The notes under the pieces were generated by a model that was not told the origin of the DNA, searched no databases, and saw only the letters and a program-made list of their open reading frames with translations. This document shows, in pieces, positions 14,201-27,598 of a stretch of DNA of 64,000 bases. Position numbers and translations under genes: made by a program. The stretch's first letter is position 1. The number at the start of each line of letters is the position of its first letter. Source of the DNA: Tubulanus polymorphus (taxonomy: Eukaryota; Animalia; Nemertea); contig NC_134030.1 in NCBI RefSeq assembly GCF_964204645.1, forward strand, positions 18,684,210 through 18,748,209, written 5' to 3'.

Positions 14201-14518
14201 GTGACTTACGCGCAAATGTACAGGCTTGTATCTGGAAGCAGGTCTGGTTCAGGAAGAGCTGACCCTTCCGAACTGATTTTGGCCCGCAGAAGTTTGGTGA
14301 TAAATCTTTGTAATGTGATTTGCTGGTTACCGTTAATTATCGTTCAGTTTTGCGCGGTATTTCGGGTGGAAATACCGAATCAGGTAGCGGCTTGGCTTGG
14401 GGTTCTTTTCTTACCAATCAACTCGTCCCTTAATCCCTTTTTGTATACAATACTGACTATCGATATGAAGTCCATACGAGCAAAAGCTATGCGCCAAATG
14501 AATTGGGTGAACAAATGA
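8292..14518 (+). pseudogene. GRL101: GRL101-like GPCR copy B; exons 8292..9494, 9761..11080, 11274..14518
   Basis: ATG 8292 plus signal peptide; donors GTG|gtaagt and CAG|gtaaat; acceptors tcacag|GTA and ttttag|CCT; complete domain set to NSSLNPFLY. Disrupted by a 1-nt deletion at ~11885 (ccaggatg vs ccagggatg) and CAG>TAG at 12137-12139; also an LDLa Cys>Phe (QVFDG). Confidence 0.9.
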
Positions 14519-14626
14519 AACATCTAGATTCCTTTTGCATAAGAATGCTGCATTTTTCTTTACATTCAACATTGTAGTAGTCAAACGCATGATTATATAT
14601 AGTGTTATATATGACTAAAAAGAACG

Positions 14627-14628
<2 letters not shown>

Positions 14629-14670
<42 letters not shown>
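14629..14670. repeat. (TA)n microsatellite
   Basis: Seen directly, 3' of receptor copy B. Confidence 0.95.
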
Positions 14671-14676
<6 letters not shown>

Positions 14677-15546
14677 CCCTTTCTTATATATATATATACT
14701 AGTCACGGATGAGATATATAGATTAAAGGGTCACAGGCCCCGGATCGGTGGTATACTCCTGAAGCTTGTAGATAGATAATTACCAACAAACCATTTTACA
14801 GTCGCTAGCCGCCATTTTGTTAGGGTACTTTTGTCCGGTAATGTTGGGTAATGTTTCTCTATTTTTAAAAATCCAATTGTGATGCGTGTTTTATCATATT
14901 TCATCGGTTTGTAGATGGATTTTGACAGTGTTAGTAGGGCCTGGCTAGTATTTCAGCTATGTAAAATTCATTTGCAACATGAGATTGATATAGAAATCCG
15001 TGGCCAGTTTTTGCTGCGCGCATAGAAATTCAGGGTACTCAACTTTAAAGCTAGTTTTTTTAAAAATAAATTTCCTTAAATTCTATGAACTGTGCGCATT
15101 AACACAATTCAAGTTGAATTCATAGATATCTTGCCCAGTTTTTGTTGTTCTATGATAATTCAACTGCAGCGTGTCTATTGACATTCCGAGTTTCTGCGCT
15201 GTTTTAGCGGTGTGTATTTTAGAATAAGGTGTAACTTGTTCTCATTTTCTGCTGTACCCGCAGATTGCAGCAAGCAAAATGACCCTTTGTAATAACGGAT
15301 ATCCCAAGGTCACTTCGACTAAGTCCCCAATTTTATGTGATGATCAAGCTAGTTTAGGCCTACCAGGGGTGCAATCATGTCGTCCACCAATCCGTCTACG
15401 AGAGAGGAGCGTATCGATCTGATTGTCAGTGTTAAATAAAAACGAACAGAGACTCGACTAATTAGATGTTAAATGGTGTTTTTATTGGATGTCATCTCGA
15501 TGATAATAGCAGAGAAACTGACAATTGCTTTCAAGCAATTTAACAC

Positions 15547-16741
15547 TCAATACTCGTCCCACGGACATTTTTCATGACAGGTACTTGGACAGTTTGCTTG
15601 GCAGGCATCCTTTTGTGCGGCGGGTGTTCGACATTTTACCCAGCAATTGTTGAGACAGATTTGACAATAATCAGGCTGCACTGAATCAGCGCCACTAGCG
15701 ACCATTGCGACCAGAACTAAAACTACCAGAAACTGAAAAAGCGCTATTGTTACCAGAGCTGTACTTCCGCGGCTTATCAATGATGATTCCACAGTGGCTG
15801 CTCGCTCGAGAGTTCCACGCCTGCCAAGGGCTGATCCACAATGTAAAACATTGAGCATTAGGACATAAACCACTTTGGCAATAGAGGATTCTACTTATGG
15901 CAAATAGGGTCCACCAGGTGTCACTAGTGTGCACCTACTGTGGCGATAGTTCAAGATCCTACAGTGAAAAAGAAATCGATGAAAATAAAACAACAAAAGA
16001 ATATAGCTGCAAACGATAACGGGTTTTCTGCCAAAAAATGTTTTTGTCGGGGATTCGAGCCAAATATGATGACTATATTACATCGCGATGTAAGCCTTAA
16101 AATCCCCTTCGATATCACAGGATTAGAACGTTCACTATACGCGACACAATTCTATTTGTAGCGAATTCAAGTCATAGACGGCGGTGTCTTATTTTAACAT
16201 GTGGAAGCAAAATCTGAACCCGATAAGATGAATGGCACTGTTTGACAAAAAATATAACGAACAAATATTTGGTATCCGAAAATATATTTAATTGCTGAAT
16301 CTTGGAACCAAACTTTATCAATTCGGGCTTACAAATTTCTAGAAATATCAAATGAGTAGGTAATGCGGTTTATGTGTTATAAGTATTATCAATTGTTCTT
16401 GTAATTGCCAAAGAGTTCGGTGGCCCTAATACATCTATAATTAACATCAGTACACATGATGAAATACGTAAAAGACATAATAATGAAAATATCAAAACAG
16501 GACGTGTTTAGTGCTTCATAAAAATGACGACAATTTACAAATTGAATTACTAATTCACAGAAATGGTTTGAAAGAAAAGTTTGCAAATCAACCTCCGGTC
16601 AGTTTTTTTTTGTAAGGTAACAACGCCAATATACTTTTAACGAAAATAGTGTGGAAAAAGGTAAGTAGACTGACGATGGAGAATGTGAAGAGAGTTTTCT
16701 GCGAAAGTCCATAAAATCCTAATTACCTTTGATGACAACAT
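15547..16741 (-). CDS. Secreted 8-Cys peptide, copy 2; join(16727..16741,15547..15732)
   Basis: Same structure as copy 1: MLSSK|FLVVLVLVAMVASGADSVQPDYCQICLNNC...CPWDEY. Exon 2 is the C-terminal part of track ORF 15547..15873. Confidence 0.85.
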
Positions 16742-18442
16742 GATTCTCAGATACTGTAGATCTCAGATCCCTCGCGTCCGTGAAGTCAATGCAATGTGTT
16801 TTACTGCATGTGCGTTTCGCAAAGACACGGGTGGAAAATAGCCGTTTACATAATGGAGATTCGTTATTTGCTAAAACTGTTGAAATTGTGAAGATGATTC
16901 CCGACCACTCTGACGCACTCGGTATCGTCACTGTCAAATAATATATATCGTATTACATTGAAATCAGCAGCTGTGAAACGTACGTCCCTGAGCAGAAACT
17001 TTCCCGTTGTCCTTGAGATGCTTATTCTGACGATTCAGCATAGTCTTCATCCATCCGTCCTCTGAAATGACACCATTCTTGAATCGTTGAATTCACCAAT
17101 AACGAGATGGTCATCATTAGCTGCTAATTATAATTTTACTGAATCGTCGATAGTCATCGAGAATGAAAGGGTTGTCATTTGGTAAATAATCATGATTTCG
17201 GTGAATCTTAAGAATCATGTAGAGTGAGAAGGCCACAAATAACTGGTTACAATTTAACTGCAATTTACTTATTTCTTATATAGTACGCTATGTGAAACAT
17301 CTGCTACTCAATTATCATGAATTCTGCGTCGATGTATAGAACATGTTACTTGATATAAATATTCGATTTTAAAAAAGCAGCTGGTCATGTAAGTACAGCA
17401 ATTATGATTGCAATTGATTCAGATGTACTTCGCATTATTCCAATACCGTCGAGTTCACTTAAATTACTCTAATCAATATCCTGTTGGATGATTATTATTC
17501 GAATCGATTACTATGTTATTGAAACCCTTATCCCAACACGCACCGAATTAAATGAATTACGCATAGACTTTCTGTAGATTTTAGTACTACCAAACTTCGA
17601 TGATTGATGTATTGACCTCCTTATACTGTCCTATCCTGGTCGGGACAATGGTGTACACATTGTACAGCTATGCAGGCGGGTTTGTATCTGTATAAAAAAA
17701 GACTGATGTTTTTTTTCCGATGCGGACAGTCGCAAAGACGGACGGATCAACGGACTGACCAACAGACGCGGGCAAAAGTTAAGGTACCAAGTTCCCCGCT
17801 AAGTCCCCGGGACAAAGATATTGTTGCGGTAAACTTACAGTATTGTTATAATTCTACGTTAATTCTACGTCTGCGAATCTTTGCATAATGAATTGAAGCT
17901 CAGTCGATTACGTCGCATCGAGTGGACATTCTATACTTAACAACCACTAAAAAACGGTTGAAGAAATCCTCTGAATTATCGAGAAATTACAAACAAAAGT
18001 AGGTGTATACCTGTTTTGAAACACTCTGCATATACGCGTAATGCATCAGCATTCAGGAGCGACTTGAACGAAACGAAAATAATTTTGAGTATTTTAAAGT
18101 ATGATTGGGCATATCGAAATAACCACGCGTGGAAACATGAAATTGAGAATTGCTGCTCAGAGAGATGGTACCGTAATTGCTAATATATTGATGTGTATGT
18201 CGGAGAGCGAATACTAATGACAGAACGGGGGAAAAATATCACACGCGAGTTCGAAAAAAATCAGCGGTTGAAAATAATTGCTGGATTTCAAAATTGCTGA
18301 GTGAAGCAAATAAATAATTTCACTAGAAAGAAATATACAATTGTTCATTATTTATGAGTGGAACCTGAAGATATGTGGGTAACCAAGCAGAATTTGAATA
18401 GTGAAGGAATTCCTTCATTCTGACGTGACGAAGTTACTCTGT

Positions 18443-21400
18443 ATGGATCGACTGAGAGCGCTGTTTATAGCATCGCTGGTCGTCTGGCGAGTTAACATCG
18501 CACACGCTGATCTGTCTGACTCCGTGACGATCAGTTCGTCTTGTAACAACACTTGGTACCCCGTCGATTCTACGTCCGGTTACATCGTTTCACCGAATTA
18601 CCCGTCGTTAACGCGCGGTGTTGAATGTCGTTGGTTCGTCAACAGCTCTTTACCGGGAACTTTCAACATCAAACTATACTACGACATCGAGCCGTCGATA
18701 TTCTGTAGTGATAACTACCTTCTCGTCGGTGAGTCCGATAACAGATTCTGCGGTGAAGGAAAACATGAAATCCGCCGTAACGATTCGATGTCGTTGATGT
18801 TTAGGAGTAACGTCGATGGTGCGCGGGGTAGTCGGGTTTATATCACGTATCGTTATGAAAGAAGCCGATTGAGAATCAGTCATCGCTGCAGTGAATCTAA
18901 TTTTCAAATGGATGAAATGAAAATGTCGACAGGATACAAATTCACGATGTTGATGCGTGATGGTTGTCAGATCTTCCTGGAATGGGACGCCCTCTCGGGT
19001 GGTTCAGCGTTGAATTTGACATTCGCAGATTTTGACCTAAGACTCCCACCTTCTGTCGATCCAGCGTCAAGTTTTCGAATCAATGACGGCTGGAACACCA
19101 GCAGTGAACCGATAGCGCTTATGGGTGAACAAACGCGGACAGCAGCCGTCATCGTTTTATACTAAAGCAAACAGTGCCGTTTTCAGTTTGCTACATGGGC
19201 ATGAGGTTACCACAACACTATCAGTTCAGATCTATAGAATATCTGATTGGAACGTCTCTAATCCGTCAATTCAAATGTCTTATAACGAGTCCGGAGTCCA
19301 TATTCCAGATGACAACAGTTTACACGTAATAACTCGATCAAAACACTTACACTGCTGGTCTATCACAGTGCAGGTGTTACAGTACGTCGTCTTCAACTGG
19401 ACACGTGATCTCAGCACATCCGGTGACGTCATTGGTGTATATAAACTAGAAGGCTTACGCGTTGTAGGAACTGATATTTTACTCGGTTACAACTACCTGG
19501 AATCACTGAGTGTTAAATCTGACGGCTTTCTCGTCATACTGTGCGTTCTAATAAGACCAGGTGTTTTACAGTCGAATATAAAAATTGAATTTGAAGTTAA
19601 ATCTATCTCTATAGGAGACGTACAAGTCTACAAACCCAAGGTGAGTAAAGATGTCCACTCGGCTATAGCTAAATTTAATGTAACTTATTTTGTGAACCAA
19701 AGAATATACATCGTCAAACACTTTTTTTTCTAATTGCGATAAAGAATATTTAATTTCAAAACACGGTGCCCTCGCGGTGCAACTGATCGAAAAAGTATCT
19801 GAAAACTTTAATCAGCCGTTCATTAGTCATTCATTTATCCTTCCCTTCCGAACGCAGAGCCGTCGGAAGGAATTTTTCAGTGGCGAGGCTTATTTCTGAA
19901 GGGAGTCTGGGGCCCTCCCCTAGAAAAATTTTGAAAATTCAATCACCGGAGATGCGTTTTGGGGCCATTCACAGAAGCATTTGAAGTCGTGAGCCAACCA
20001 CCTAGTACAGAGAACGACGAGCTGCTACGCGGTACAGCATGCTTGCTTTCGAAAAAAATTTTGTTAAGCAAAAAATTGGGGCGGTTTGGGCCGCCCCTGT
20101 TCCGACGGCTCTGGAACAGATGAAATACCGTATGAAATATGGTATGAAATGACGTATGAATATGAAATAACGTCCAGTGAAATGAGCGTTTGTCAGAGAT
20201 GACGCCTGCTGACATAAACAATAAAGTTCTGAAATTACCCATTTAGAAATCACATTTCTCTGTAATGGCTAAAACAAAATTCGAACCAGTAGCATATTTG
20301 ATATTTGTTTTAATATATCACATTTGACAATATACATTTTACGTAATATTTCGATGTTTCTTCTATTTACAGTGGCACCGCTGAAAGATATTTATGAATT
20401 CCTAATAGAAACTAAACTCATTGATATTGTAGGTAAAGCGTGATCGGTTTATATCATCAAACCCCTTTCCTTTTTCTAAGATGAAGTTTACGTATGGTGT
20501 ATTCAAGTATGAATTCAAATGGAAAGTTGAAATCTACGACATCGATCTGGAATTAGCGGTGCTGTCTGTGAATTGCGAAAATGCTGGATTTTATATATAT
20601 GATGGTGGTAATTTCACAGCTAGACGCTACGGTCCGTATTGCCCCAGCCCATCGGGGTATAGACGAAGTGTCGTCAGTCTGATTACATCAGGCGGCCCGG
20701 TGATCATGGTGGGCTATTCCATTAACAGTCAAATCCGGCACAAGGGCGGTGTGGTATTACGTCCGTCTGACTGTGACGGCTACGCGCTACGGGGAGGAGA
20801 ATACAACGTTACAGTACCGCTGACGTCACGCTGTTTCACGGTTTCACCCGAAAATCGGGACGTTCCATTACATCATAGTATCGACATATTATCACCGCAC
20901 GAATATGAAATGAACTCGTGTTTGCCTGATTTTATCTCGACATCTACGCCGTGTAGTCGTTATTTGTCTATCGATAGGCAGCGCCTCGAAAACAGTCTCG
21001 TACTGCACACTGTTACAGTAAATGATACGCGCTTGTTCAGAAGACGCCCGTACATCATTGAATTGAGGCGCGTATGTCAAACGACGGATAGACGTAACAG
21101 ACGGTTCGGCGATGCGGAATCGAATAAAGGCGACTGCGGAATCTTTCAGTCGCCGAACTACCCGGCTTCGGTCGGATATTCGAGTACTACGATCAGATAC
21201 AATCTCAAGTTCAAATGGAATACAGCCCCGATAGAGTTTTACCGATTCGTTATAAAATATATGGAAATAACACCGTGCATGAAAAGTTCCAAAGGGGTTC
21301 GATACTCCATCTTTTACGTCGAGTTAATGAAATACAAAGACAGCGAGACGAAACACGAAGATAAACTATGCGGGATATACGCCCGAGCAGGATTACAGTT

Positions 21401-24400
21401 TTATAGTATAAGTACAGGTCCCCTCTGGTTCGAACTGAAAAACGATATTCCGAAATTCCGTATTCAATACATTTTAGAGAAACAATTTTTGATGAAACCG
21501 CGCGATATTGTCTGCAAATCAGGACTCATAGATTCAGGAGTTTCCTGCGTCAAATATATCAGAGACAAACGTCTGAATTGGGAGAACGCTGAATTGTACT
21601 GTCAACAGAAATACGGAGGACATCTTCTCAGTATCAACTCGGAACATGAAATGATTGCTATTAAAAGATTATTTGCTAGTAAACTTCTTCGAGATGGCTA
21701 TACACAGAAATCACTTGTAGTGATGATCGGCTTAAAACTGCAGGTAAACTATACACGAATTTTCAAACGTCTTCTGTCAACAGAGATGTTTTAAATTTTC
21801 AGCATTTATTTCTAGCCTAAACTTGGTTATTACACAAGGACTGATGGGAAACCCTTGAGCTACACAGAGTGGTTTAAACCAACGGGAAACGAAACGATAC
21901 CAGCAGTTATTCGAGGATTGATATCTTCTCAACGAAAACAACCGATAAATGACGTCAATACGCCGTGTACGGCGATGATACTGAATAACCCACGAGGATC
22001 GGCGAACTGGATTCGATTCCCGTGTCAAATCGAAGACGACCACACGAGTTTCATGTGTGAATTTGACGGAGTTGATGTTGGAGAAAAACGGGGAAATGCA
22101 ACTGTCAACAGTAGTGAATATGGACCAATTGAAATGATGTTTTCATTTAATTATATTCCGAGAAACAATTCACCGTGTAGACGAGGTTGGCTTGGTTTAG
22201 CCGGACAGTGTTATCAGATACTGACTGACTGGACAAACAAACAGGGTTTGGATATCAGAGGACCGAGAGAAATGTGTCGTGAAATCTACGGAGAAATAAC
22301 TCATCACGAATCTGACATCATTAAAAACATAATTGAAACATTGCACTATCGGCACCAGTATGACGCTATACTGACCTCTGGTGACAGAATTATAAAACCA
22401 ATAATCACTAGAGATGACATAACTCATACGCAGATAGTTAAATGGATGATAAAACAGTTCGATAATGTCACAGATGTAGCGCATTCAGTGCTATGTTCCT
22501 ATAATGTAGCTGGTGATGAGTTGGCTTCTACAAGCGGTTGTAAATCGTGGCAGTTTAAATGTAACGATCAAAGGTGTATCAGCGACCATCGCGTATGTGA
22601 TACTAGAAACGACTGTGAACACGGTGAAGATGAACTCGATTGTTCGGGTTCAAACTTACACAGTCAGTTCCACTGCGCAGATGGACGAGTTGTATCAATA
22701 AGTGGTTTGTGTAATTTCATAAATTATTGTGTTGATGGTTCTGATGAGAACTCGTGTCGTCATCCTCCGTGTTTGTCCGAGCAATTTCGCTGCATGAGTG
22801 GTCAATGTGTCAGTAAGTATAAAAGATGTGACGGAGTAACTGATTGTAAAGACGGCCCCGATGAAATTGAATGCACCTCTCAACTGTGCCAGGGGTTTTT
22901 GTGCAACAGTGGAGACTGTATCAGTTATCAGTTGTATCAGGATGGTGTCGTGGATTGCAGTGGAAGTCTTGAAGAAGATGAATTAGTAACAAATGCTAAT
23001 GTTACGTTGAATCCTACAGTTAACTGTAATGATGGAAACCTATGTACGACTAACTTCACAGATCTCTGTACGGATTCCGATGAACAAAGATGTTCTTTCG
23101 ATTCTCCTCATTGCTATTCTAGACGTCACAGGTGTATTTTGGAGAGAATGACAAATGGTTACCCAGTTTGTAGAAATCTTCAGCATATATTGAGATGTGA
23201 AACATTTGATTGTCCAGCTGGTACTGTAAAATGTTCAGCATCTTACTGTATACCGATGGGACAGGTGTGCGATGGTCGATCCGATTGTCCTAATTCAGAA
23301 GACGAGGGAAACTGCGAGACTATGTCATGTCCCGGCATGTTCAAATGTGGCCAGGAAAACCGATGCATTCCTCAATCTGAAGTTTGTGATGGTGTTGTGA
23401 ATTGTAACCATACTACTGATGACGAGGCTTTCTGTAACGTAAAGTGTCCTGGGGGTTGTAAATGTCAAGGCCTTTTGATCGACTGCGGAAATGCCGGTTA
23501 AACAAATATTACCGATCTTTTTTCGGCATCAACTCGAGTTCTGATTCTGTCGAATAACACAATTTTCCTGGAGATATCGACATTTGTTTCATATGATTAT
23601 CTTCGTTTGCTCAACATCTCCTTAAATAAATTGTTTTATATTTTACCAAATGCATTCTCAAAGCTGCATAATCTATACACATTAGACCTGACATATAACA
23701 ACGTAACATCATTATACACAAATACATTCACCGGGCTGTATAGTTTGAAAGAGTTATTCATAACTAAAAATCCACTACGTCATTTAGCGGACGATACGTT
23801 CCAAGAGTTGAGATCACTTAGATCTCTCGATCTTCACGGACTTTTCTTGGTTTTACTTGGAGGAAATGTGTTTAGAGGTTTATCTACATTACAGTCTTTG
23901 AATATCAGCAGTAACAGCATTCATCATATTTCACGATATGCCTTTGTCGGTTTATCTTCACTTGAAATTCTAGATATCAGCAACAACTACAAAGTTATTT
24001 CTGTCGACAGAACGGTTTTCAATAATCTGACATCATTGCGCTCCTTACGGTCTGACGCCTACAAGTTTTGCTGCATGGTTCCGAGTGTTGACCGGTGCAT
24101 TCCCGAAGCAGATCAATTTTCATCCTGCTCTGATCTGATGGGTAACACGGCCCTCAGAGCCATCATCTGGGTCATCTCTACGTTCAGTTTCTTTCTGAAC
24201 AGTATCGTCATTTTATTCCGTGTTCGATCATTTCGACTTTCATCCAGCGAAAAGCGTAACATATCTTCTGACATCATTATCATCAGTATCGCAGCTTGTG
24301 ATTTTCTGATGTCGATTTATTTGTTTCTGATTGCGGGAGCTGACTACGTGTATAAAGGAGTTTATTTCCTATATTCTGAAACTTGGACGGACAGTTCATT

Positions 24401-25046
24401 GTGTAGTTTCGCTGGTGTTATGGTTACTATTTCTTGTGAAGGCTCATTGACGTTTCTATTCATTCTAACGCGTCACAGATATTCAAATATCGTTGATCCA
24501 TTTTCTGGAAGCTCGATTACATCTCCGAGATATGTGTCCATTATTTCTTGCCTATGTTGGCTCATCGTAGGTGTAATTTCTTTAATACCACTGTCACAAT
24601 CGACTTATTTCGGCAATAAATTTTACGGATCTACTGGAGTTTGCTTACCTATGAATTTAATTTCAATTGATAGCAATGCCTGGCAATATTCATTCGCTAT
24701 TTTTGCCGTGTTTAACTCGGTCGTACTTGCTTCAATAATGATGACGTATGCACAGATGTACAGACTCGTATCCGGAAGCAGGTCCGGCTCGGGTAGAGCT
24801 GATCCTACCGAATTGATTCTGGCACGTAGAAGTTTAGTGATAAATCTGTGTAATTTATTTTGCTGGTTACCGATAATCGTCGTTCAGTTTTGCGCTGTAT
24901 TCCGAGTAGAAATACCGAACCAAGTGGCGGCTTGGTTGGCGGTACTTTTCCTACCGATCAACTCGTCACTGAATCCACTTCTTTACACCATCCTCACTAT
25001 CGATATAGAATCAATACGAGCAAAAATCAAACGCCGAAACTATTAG
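18443..25046 (+). pseudogene. GRL101: Divergent GRL101-like GPCR paralogue, copy C; exons 18443..19640, 20433..21743, 21816..25046
   Basis: Same intron positions and phases (AAG|gtgagt; tgtag|GTA AAG; CAG|gtaaac; tctag|CCT) and the same domain order. +1 frameshift at ~19135-19140 and in-frame TAA at 23499-23501. C-terminus ...KIKRRNY differs from the other copies. Confidence 0.85.
19855..20113. mobile_element. MITE (259 bp) with 14-bp TIRs in intron 1 of copy C
   Basis: CAGAGCCGTCGGAA ... TTCCGACGGCTCTG perfect inverted termini; CAG ends suggest hAT-like; no clear TSD. Confidence 0.7.
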
Positions 25047-26288
25047 AAGAAACGGCAATTAAATGAAATCCTAACTCTCGTGTGCATTGATTGGCCTGCA
25101 TGTAAGTTATAATGTATTTGAAGTCTTTTTAAACCGCGTGTATTGGCTTAGTTCTTATGGTATTTTTCTTTCATCTTCAATGATCTGGTCCCCCTTAGAG
25201 GTCGTCCATTAATTCTCTCTTTGTTTGAAACATTACAATTATGTAATAATTACATTAAATAACATATTGAATTGAAACGGGCGACATGCGCACCGACAAA
25301 AAGATGGCAGAAAACTAATTTTTTAGAAAATAAATCCTATCCTGTCCAAATACACTCCTATGATCTGAACTTAACCGCTGCAGTTTCGAAATTTTTTAAC
25401 AATCAATATTCTATTTCGAATATTTGAGATACAAAGGAAAAGAAACATAGACCTACGTATTCACTTGAAGAAATAAATTTACCGTCAATTATAAATAGGT
25501 GAATTTTAAACTGTATTTTGAAATTTATCTACCAGTAAAAGCCTTCTATAAGGACATATATCCATATCTACGTTACACAGTCGAAGTCTAAAGTGTATCA
25601 TTCCACAGTAACTGTTAGGATTTTACCAATTTCATCGTAGCAAAGTAAGAAGCCGGAGTGTATTGCATTCAACTAACTCATAATCAGTACTTAACGCTAC
25701 CTCGGGATACAATTTACCAATCCCAGCATAAAAATCTTGAAAATTAAGCTACACAAAGAAATACCCTAGTTTTTCGTCAGAATTGTTTCTGGTGAGCGAT
25801 TTTTCTATTTCTTTTAAGAAAAATGCAATCAAAAGCTCAACCAGATTCTTAGAAGAGACGCGGGAGGGATTATTTCTTTTACCAATGCCAAACAAAGACT
25901 CAGAAAAAATTACAGAAACAGTATTGATTTCTTTCTCCGAAGATTATCCACAGAGAGGACGTGTTTAATCTAGTGTAGAATAAGTAAACCGTGGTCAGAA
26001 GAGTGAACCATGATAATAGATAACAGGCCAGGTAAATACCATAGATTAGATTGAGAAAAAAGTTATGGGTTTAGATTGCGACATACAGTTAACCGCTTCT
26101 ATACCACTCTCTTATACCACCATTTACACCAAACGCCAGGTTTTCTCTATGTACGGAATATTTAACTTGACATCTGAAAAAAAAACAACCCAGATATAAT
26201 GCTCTCGTTTCCCGCCAACACGTTTCCACAGTACAGTCAAATACAATTTTAAATGCAAGGTAAAACAGCCCCGATATGTGGCAGGGTT

Positions 26289-26426
26289 TATAACAGCGTT
26301 CCTACCAGCTCAGCTAGTGGGAATATTCTCTTTGTAACAGCGGCAGTGTCTGCCTTGGACGCCAGGCTTCGAGAGTTCGAACCTCGGGAAGGATAGATAT
26401 TTCTACCTGTTACATTCGGCGCCTGT
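26289..26426 (+). mobile_element. tRNA-like-containing LTR fragment with PBS-like motif (Helenus/TRIM-like) or SINE head
   Basis: T(A/G)TAACAG...CTGTTACA inverted ends, A-box-like agctcagctagtgg, B-box-like gagttcgaacc, followed immediately by ttcggcgcc (cf. the TGGCGCC PBS). Confidence 0.45.
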
Positions 26427-26996
26427 CCGGGCCGAAGGCCACCGAAAATTTTGAGTTACGTCTCTTTAGTACCACAGCAGACCTACGGCAGTCATAAATG
26501 AATGACGATGAAATCGTGAAGGAAGCACGTTTCTCCCGGTTTTTACATATAAAATGAAAACTTGGGCATTTATCCTTGTTAGGGAATCAATAACATACAC
26601 ATGTATATCTCATAGAGTGATTGAAGACACTTAATTAACTCATCTGAAGTGACCCAACGTTGCTCAGATTTCTTTCTGCTTCTGGTCCTTTAAAATGACA
26701 AAAATCGAACTTTGTAATAGCCGACGAATTAGGGACTGTTTGCCGTTCATGTTCGGGTCCTAGAACCTTTCATATAAACCGACGTGACGGGCGCGTCATG
26801 TGCTGTTACAATGTGATGACACCCGGCAACTAACGTTCTCGTCGTTAGCTGTTTCCAGCGTTTTCGCTTTATTTGTGGATATTCAAGGACTGAGCATGTC
26901 GATGTATACAAAGTAAAGTAACACTAGAAGCTAGTACTGAAAGGTCGAAACGAGAGAATTTTATTGGAAATGTATATTTTATTATAACCATGCAGA

Positions 26997-27598
26997 TTAA
27001 GGATTACCAGATATCGGATTGTCCTTTATTACAGCCGCCCGGTCATAGTTCACCTCGTCTACCACCATTTCAACTGGTCTTTGTATTTTTTCTTTGCCAG
27101 TGGCTTTGCGTTTGCTTTGGTCGTTACATTGGCCTTGCCTTTGCCCCTGACGTCTGCGATGAGGCAGATAAAGCTGATCTGGGTTAGGTCTTCGCCCAGC
27201 ATGTGCGCTAAGGCCATCTATCGTGGTATAAGTTTTTCCTTCCACAGTGTTTCCACCCTGCGGAGTAGTAAGTGATCGCGGAGTGTTGCTTGTCTATTTA
27301 TCAGAGAACTGTTCCGGAGTGGTTCCACTCTGCGGAGTAGAAAATGGTCCTGGAGTGTTGCTTGTCCATTGATCAGATGTATAATCGTCCTTTACTTTAT
27401 CTGCTGGGTCATTGTCCGTCGCTTTTACTTTCACTGTAGCTGGTCTTAACCTTTGCCTTCGAAGTGGATCTCGTTCAGGTTTTCGCCAAGTCTGTGCACA
27501 GGGTCATCTACCATAATATTAGCAGCTCCCCAAATATGACTAAATTGAGCATGCGCAATTACCATCAGAATGATCGCTAGCGTAAAAACCTTCAGCAT
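26997..27598 (-). pseudogene. Secreted, internally repeated ~200-aa precursor-like protein (frameshift plus nonsense)
   Basis: Acceptor tctctttcag just upstream; ATG 27598; signal MLKVFTLAIILMVIAHA; 1-nt deletion at ~27500; TAG at 27294-27296 where the sister repeat has TGG; stop 26997; two AATAAA at ~26983 and ~26965. Confidence 0.55.

Noticed and set aside
8250-14518. Three consecutive ORFs read as a prokaryote-style operon of separate genes with GTG/TTG starts
   Set aside because: Canonical phase-0 GT-AG sites join them, and a CTLD is split across intron 2; the alternative starts are ORF-caller artefacts.
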